Shown: one piece after another, positions 59,009-64,000 of the stretch
Layout: the number at the start of each line of letters is the position of its first letter
Position numbering within the stretch: position 1 is the stretch's first letter
NCBI GenBank assembly: GCA_965224485.1
Contig: CBDCZH010000010.1
Span: 224,001-288,000 of the forward strand
DNA: 64,000 nt
Reading direction: 5' to 3'
Source: Arcobacteraceae bacterium
Lineage (GTDB): Bacteria > Campylobacterota > Campylobacteria > Campylobacterales > Arcobacteraceae
Translations under genes and position numbers: made by a program
The notes under the pieces: model-generated
The model's database searches: none
Seen by the model: the letters and a program-made list of their open reading frames with translations, nothing else
What the model was told of the DNA's origin: nothing

Positions 59009-60144
59009 TGAAACAGAAATTATCTATTTTGATTTATTCTCTTGCTTCTGGTGGAGCAGAAAGAGTTGTTTCTTTATTATTAAATAAGTTATCTAGTAGG
59101 TATAATATTACTTTAGTTCTTATGAATAAAATTATTTTTTACTCAATTCCTTCTAATATAAGTATAATATATCTTGAAAAATCTTTTTCTGATGAGTATG
59201 GAATATATAAACTATTTAAGTTACCTATTCTTTCATGGAAGTATAAAAAAATATGTAAAGAGAATGATATAGATGTGAGTTTGTCATTCATGAATAGACC
59301 AAATTATATAAATACACTATCCAAGCTATTCAAAAATAAGGCTAAGATTGTTATTAGCGAGAGAGCTATGCCTTCAATTCAACATAAAAATGGTATTCAG
59401 GGTTTTGTAAATAGAATGATGATAAAACTTTTCTATCCTTTAGCTGATATAGTTACTTCTAATTCACAAGGAAATGCTTTTGATTTAAAAAAGAACTTTT
59501 TTATAAAAAAAGTTATTACTATTAATAATCCATGTGATTTTAATTTAATGGATAAATTATCTAATAAAGATTTATGCTTAGATAAAAGAAAATTTAAATT
59601 TATAACAATTGGACGGTTAGATAGAGGAAAAAATCATAAACTTTTAATTGAATCAATGAGAAAAGTAGATGCAATTTTATATATTATTGGTGATGGGCTA
59701 TTAAAAGATGAATTATCTAATCTAATTAAAGAATATAAGTTAGAGAAGAAAGTTTTTTTACTTGGACTAAAAGAAAATATATATACTTATTTATCTAAAT
59801 GCGATTGTTTTTTATTTAGTTCAAATTATGAGGGTTTTCCTAATGTAATATTAGAAGCTTTATCTTCTGGATTGGCAGTTATCAGTACAGATTGTAAAAG
59901 TGGACCGAGAGAAATTTTAGCTCCTTTAACAGATAATTTTTTTCAGATTAAAGATACTATTGAATTGGCTGAATATGGGATACTAACTCCTATTAATGAT
60001 GAAAAAAATTTATTAAAAGCTATGAATTTAATTATAAAAGATAAAAAGTTACTACATAGTTATATTAAAAAAGCTATAATTAGAGCAAAGGATTTTGCTA
60101 CAGATAAAATAGTTAATCAGTATAGAAAGGTAATAGAAAGCTAA
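59008..60144 (+). CDS. GT4 glycosyltransferase (PglJ/PglH-like)
   Basis: SLASGGAERV, ISER, GRL..GKN, EGFPNVILEA, TDCKSGPREIL. Confidence 0.88.
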   Translation: MKQKLSILIYSLASGGAERVVSLLLNKLSSRYNITLVLMNKIIFYSIPSNISIIYLEKSFSDEYGIYKLFKLPILSWKYKKICKENDIDVSLSFMNRPNYINTLSKLFKNKAKIVISERAMPSIQHKNGIQGFVNRMMIKLFYPLADIVTSNSQGNAFDLKKNFFIKKVITINNPCDFNLMDKLSNKDLCLDKRKFKFITIGRLDRGKNHKLLIESMRKVDAILYIIGDGLLKDELSNLIKEYKLEKKVFLLGLKENIYTYLSKCDCFLFSSNYEGFPNVILEALSSGLAVISTDCKSGPREILAPLTDNFFQIKDTIELAEYGILTPINDEKNLLKAMNLIIKDKKLLHSYIKKAIIRAKDFATDKIVNQYRKVIES

Positions 60145-61955
60145 TGTGTGGAATAGCAGGAACAATCAATTTTAATGATAGTAAAATAGAAGATATTAAG
60201 CAATCTTTATATCATCGTGGACCAAATGAACAAAATATCTATTCCTCCAATAATACAAATTTAATCCATACTAGACTAGCTGTTCAAGATATATCAAATG
60301 GTCACCAACCCTTTGAATATAAAAATTTTGTAATAGTGTTCAATGGTGAAATATATAATCATATGTATTTGCGACAGGAGTATCTTAAAGATTTTGTATT
60401 TACTACAACTTCTGATACAGAAACTTTACTATTTCTTTATATAAAATATCAAAATAAAATGTTTGATATGATTGATGGGATGTTTGCATTTTGTATTTTG
60501 GATAAACTTCATAATAAATTAATACTTTCTCGTGATAGGGCAGGTAAAAAACCACTATATTTATATAAGAATAATAATAGTATCTTGTTTGCTAGTGAAT
60601 TAAATGCTATAAAAGCGGGTGTAGAAAACTTAAAAATAGATGAAGAACAAATATCTACATATTTGCGAAATGGTTTTTTCTTTAAAACAATAACACCATA
60701 TAAAAATGTATCAGAAGTAGAAGCTGGTTTTATATATGAAATCAATATTAATACATTAGAAATAAAAAAAGAAAAATACTTTGACATATTAGACTTTTAT
60801 AAAAAAGATAAAATTACTGATTTTGAAATTGCAAAAAATAAACTTGATGACATTTTACATAAAAGTGTAAAAGATAGACTACTTTCATCTGATTTAGAAG
60901 TTGGTGCATTTTTAAGTGGAGGCATTGATAGTTCATTAATAGTGGCTGTTGCAAGTAAATATGTAAATAAGCTTAAAACTTTTACAGTTAAATTTGATGG
61001 ATCTTTTGATGAGTCGCATTTAGCAAAACTAACAGCAAATAAATATAATACAGAACATTATGAATTAAATATAAGCATGAATCTAAAAGATGATATAGAA
61101 AAGATACTTTTAAATTATGGGGAACCTTTTATGGATAGTAGTGCTATCCCTAGCTATTATGTGAGTAAAGAGGCTAAAAAATATGTAACAGTTATCCTTA
61201 ATGGTGATGGAGCGGATGAGATATTTGGTGGGTACAGAAGATATGTCCCAATAGCGAATAACTGGGTAAGATTAGCTTCTTATTTCTCATCTTTAACTAA
61301 AATACTACCAAAGCCACATACTAAAAAATCTATTTATAATTATGCCTATAGATTGTTAGCTATGTCTGGTAAAAGTGGCTTAGACTTTTATAATAGTGCC
61401 ACAAATGATATATTTGAAGATGTTTATAATTTTGACAAGAATAATATGATTAATAGTATGGATAATTTTATAAGATCTATTGAAAATGATAATATATCAG
61501 AGCTATCTAAGATATTGTATATGGATTTTAATTTGATATTACAAAGTGATTTATTAAAAAAAATGGATATAGCTACTATGACTCATTCTCTAGAAGGGAG
61601 AAGCCCTTTTATGAGTAAATATATGTTAGAGTTTGCTCCCCGACTGGCTGATAAATTTAAAATAAAAGGAACAACTACAAAGTATCTTTTAAGAGAATTA
61701 TCAAAACAATATTTACCAAGTGATTTGATAAATCAACCAAAACGAGGATTTGAGATACCTCTTAAGTCTTGGATAGAAAATGACTTAAAAGAAAATATTT
61801 TTGATGCTTTAAATAGTAATTGTTATAGTGAAGGTTTTATAGATAAAAAATTTATAAACGATTTGCTAAATAAAAAAATTAATGTATCTGATGAAAAAAG
61901 AGCAAAAATGCTTTGGACTATGTATAGTTTAGAAGTTTGGAAGAAAAATCAATGA
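60144..61955 (+). CDS. asnB: second asparagine-synthetase-like glutamine amidotransferase
   Basis: MCGIAG, HRGP, FNGEIYN, RDRAGKKP, LSGGIDSS, GDGADE, EGRSPF. Confidence 0.9.
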   Translation: MCGIAGTINFNDSKIEDIKQSLYHRGPNEQNIYSSNNTNLIHTRLAVQDISNGHQPFEYKNFVIVFNGEIYNHMYLRQEYLKDFVFTTTSDTETLLFLYIKYQNKMFDMIDGMFAFCILDKLHNKLILSRDRAGKKPLYLYKNNNSILFASELNAIKAGVENLKIDEEQISTYLRNGFFFKTITPYKNVSEVEAGFIYEININTLEIKKEKYFDILDFYKKDKITDFEIAKNKLDDILHKSVKDRLLSSDLEVGAFLSGGIDSSLIVAVASKYVNKLKTFTVKFDGSFDESHLAKLTANKYNTEHYELNISMNLKDDIEKILLNYGEPFMDSSAIPSYYVSKEAKKYVTVILNGDGADEIFGGYRRYVPIANNWVRLASYFSSLTKILPKPHTKKSIYNYAYRLLAMSGKSGLDFYNSATNDIFEDVYNFDKNNMINSMDNFIRSIENDNISELSKILYMDFNLILQSDLLKKMDIATMTHSLEGRSPFMSKYMLEFAPRLADKFKIKGTTTKYLLRELSKQYLPSDLINQPKRGFEIPLKSWIENDLKENIFDALNSNCYSEGFIDKKFINDLLNKKINVSDEKRAKMLWTMYSLEVWKKNQ

Positions 61956-63100
61956 TAAAAAAAATTGCAATAGTATTAAATAACTCGTGGTATGCTTATA
62001 ATTTTAGATTTAATTTAGCAAGAATCTTAAAAGATAATGGATATGAAGTTATTTTCATAGCTCCTTATGATAAAAAATATAGTGAATTATTAAAAAAAGA
62101 ATTTGAATTTTTTGATATAACTATAGATGCTAAAGGAATCAATCCTATTCGTGATTTTAACACTATGGTATCTTTATATAAATTATATAAAAACATAAAA
62201 CCAGATATAGTTTTAAATTTCACTATAAAACCAAATATTTATTCTTCAATAGTAGCTGGTATTTTAAAAATTAAATCAATTAGCAATATTACAGGACTTG
62301 GTACTATATTTATAAAACAATCTATTATTACAAAAGTAGCAAAGTTATTATATAAAATTGCTTTAGGATTTAATAATAAAGTTTTTTTTCAAAATAATGA
62401 TGATAGAAACTTATTTATTGATAATAATTTAATCAGTAAGTATACAAGTGATTTATTACCAGGTAGTGGAGTTGATTTAAATAAGTTTATACCAATTTTC
62501 AAAGATATAAAATCTGACAAACTTATTTTTTTATTAATTGCTAGATTGTTAAAAGATAAAGGTATCTTAGAATATATTGAAGCTATAAAAATTATTAAAA
62601 ATAAATATAATAATATAGTATTTCAAATACTTGGAGCTATTGGTGTTGAAAATAAAACAGCAATAACTAAAAAAGAGCTAGAAAATTGGATAGATGATGG
62701 ACTTGTTAATTATCTTGGTACTACAGATAATGTACAAGATATTATATCTCAAGTTGATTGTGTGGTGTTACCATCATATAGAGAAGGAACTCCTCGAAGT
62801 TTACTAGAAGCTTGTGCTATGGAAAAACCAATAATAGCTACAAATGTGATAGGTTGTAAAGAAGTTGTTGATGATGGTATAAATGGATATTTATGTGAAG
62901 TTAAAAATGCAAAAGATTTATCAAATAAAATGGAAATGATTATAAATTTATCTTCTGAAGAAAGAAAAATCATGGGTAAAGCTGGTAGAAAGAAAATTGT
63001 TAATGAGTTTGATGAAAAAATTGTAATTAATAAATACTTAGAAAGTATAGAAGAGATTTTATACCCCAAGGGCACTTCCTGTGGGGCGAATAATGAATAA
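61952..63100 (+). CDS. GT4 glycosyltransferase (PglA/CapM-like)
   Basis: NFR, FTIKPNIY, ITGLG, FFQN, PGSGVD, LPSYREGTPRSLLEA; ATGA overlap with asnB stop. Confidence 0.88.
   Translation: MIKKIAIVLNNSWYAYNFRFNLARILKDNGYEVIFIAPYDKKYSELLKKEFEFFDITIDAKGINPIRDFNTMVSLYKLYKNIKPDIVLNFTIKPNIYSSIVAGILKIKSISNITGLGTIFIKQSIITKVAKLLYKIALGFNNKVFFQNNDDRNLFIDNNLISKYTSDLLPGSGVDLNKFIPIFKDIKSDKLIFLLIARLLKDKGILEYIEAIKIIKNKYNNIVFQILGAIGVENKTAITKKELENWIDDGLVNYLGTTDNVQDIISQVDCVVLPSYREGTPRSLLEACAMEKPIIATNVIGCKEVVDDGINGYLCEVKNAKDLSNKMEMIINLSSEERKIMGKAGRKKIVNEFDEKIVINKYLESIEEILYPKGTSCGANNE
63064..63086. repeat. GC-rich palindromic element in GT4 3' end (YPKGTSCGA)
   Basis: CCCCAAGG-GCACTT-CCT(G)TGGGG hairpin. Confidence 0.6.
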
Positions 63101-63995
63101 CATATTACTAACAGGTTCAAATGGTTTCGTTGGAAAATATTTCCTAAATAACTATAAAAAAGAATATAACATAAGTACTTTTTCATTTAGAGATAATGTA
63201 CCTAAAGGTATTTCTTTTAGTCATTCCAACGATTTGAATTTGAATAATATTGATAGCATTATTCATCTCTCTGCTTTAGTTCATCAAATGGGTGGAGCCT
63301 CAAAAGAAGAATATGAAAAAATTAATGTTAGACAAACTCTTGATCTTGCAAAAAAAGCTAAAATAAGTGGAGTTAAACATTTTATTTTTATGAGTACTAT
63401 TAAAGTATATGGTGAAGAAAGTGAATTAATTTATAAAGAATCAAGTAATTGCAAGCCAAAAGATGATTATGGAAAAAGTAAATTAAGAGCTGAACGTGAG
63501 CTTCTAGAGCTTGAAGATGAGGATTTTATAGTATCAATTATTAGAACACCAATAGTTTATGGTTATGGAGTTAAAGCAAATATCAAAAACTTAATAAAAT
63601 TAGTTTCTAAATTAAGAGTTTTACCATTTTATAATACTAATAATAAAAGAAGCATGGTTTATATAGGTAATCTTTACAATTTAATTGATACTATAATTAT
63701 TAAAGAAAAAAGTGGAATATTTTTAGCTTGTGATGATGAAAGTATTTCAACAAGTAGGTTGGTAGAACTTATAGGAAAAGCTTTAGGTAAAAAAATATAT
63801 TTAATTAAAATCCCATTTTTTGAAAGTCTATTAAAAACTTTTAAACCTAGTTTTTATAAAAGATTATATGGAAGTTTAGAAGTTGATAATACCTTGACAA
63901 AAGAGATTTTAGGCTTGAAAAATCCTTATACTGTTGAAGAGGGAATAGAGTTAATGATTAATCAAAAGAGTACTTCTTTTAAGAAAACGATTTAA
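63093..63995 (+). CDS. NAD-dependent epimerase/dehydratase (UDP-sugar 4-epimerase/reductase-like)
   Basis: TGSNGFVG, HLSALVH, STIKVYG, YGKSK, RTPIVYG, NKRSMV. Confidence 0.88.
   Translation: MNNILLTGSNGFVGKYFLNNYKKEYNISTFSFRDNVPKGISFSHSNDLNLNNIDSIIHLSALVHQMGGASKEEYEKINVRQTLDLAKKAKISGVKHFIFMSTIKVYGEESELIYKESSNCKPKDDYGKSKLRAERELLELEDEDFIVSIIRTPIVYGYGVKANIKNLIKLVSKLRVLPFYNTNNKRSMVYIGNLYNLIDTIIIKEKSGIFLACDDESISTSRLVELIGKALGKKIYLIKIPFFESLLKTFKPSFYKRLYGSLEVDNTLTKEILGLKNPYTVEEGIELMINQKSTSFKKTI
63198..63225. repeat. palindromic element in-frame in the epimerase gene (VPKGISFSH)
   Basis: TACC-TAAA-GGTA; alternative stem CTAAAGG-TATTT-CTTTTAG; aligns codon-for-codon with 63062-63088. Confidence 0.6.
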
Positions 63996-64000
63996 TTTAA

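Noticed and set aside
8979..63186. Other short nested or antisense ORFs (e.g. 8979, 15100, 22023, 23639, 26897, 28773, 29235, 29707, 30018, 30972, 32055, 40015, 41423, 51144, 54911, 55090, 57805-58872, 60509, 62749)
   Set aside because: Overlap well-supported genes; composition typical of off-frame or antisense reading.

Overview
AT-rich chromosomal window from a Campylobacterota genome, most consistent with Arcobacteraceae (inferred from gene order and protein character). Bases 1-22.8 kb are housekeeping: pth (3' end), lptG, Nudix hydrolase, amiA, FabX-like flavoprotein, tyrS, spoT, rpoZ, pyrH, AAA ATPase, pdxA, pdxJ, trpE, SPOR protein, glyA, lysS, cvpA, ispG, dnaB and comEA. An MNT-HEPN toxin-antitoxin pair lies between ispG and dnaB, and dnaB carries a 342-aa LAGLIDADG intein in its Walker A motif. 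From 22.9 kb to the end is one >41 kb co-oriented surface-glycan locus with four parts. (1) Uronate precursor genes. (2) A legionaminic-acid-like pathway with no NeuC/LegG, but with an oxidoreductase, SpsF-type cytidylyltransferase, class III aminotransferase, nitrilase, SDR and GNAT (candidate amino-modified nonulosonate). (3) rmlABC without rmlD, plus a TcaB9/EvaC-type C-methyltransferase (candidate branched sugar). (4) Glycosyltransferases, two AsnB-like amidotransferases and a PglK-like flippase. Two families of short DNA elements recur between genes and in-frame inside genes: 7-nt periodic repeats and TAAA-loop palindromes encoding 'PKG' peptides. Many homopolymer frameshifts, including in essential genes, indicate an error-prone assembly. 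No rRNA, tRNA, CRISPR array or transposase was recognised. All family assignments come from motif recognition by eye, not database searches.
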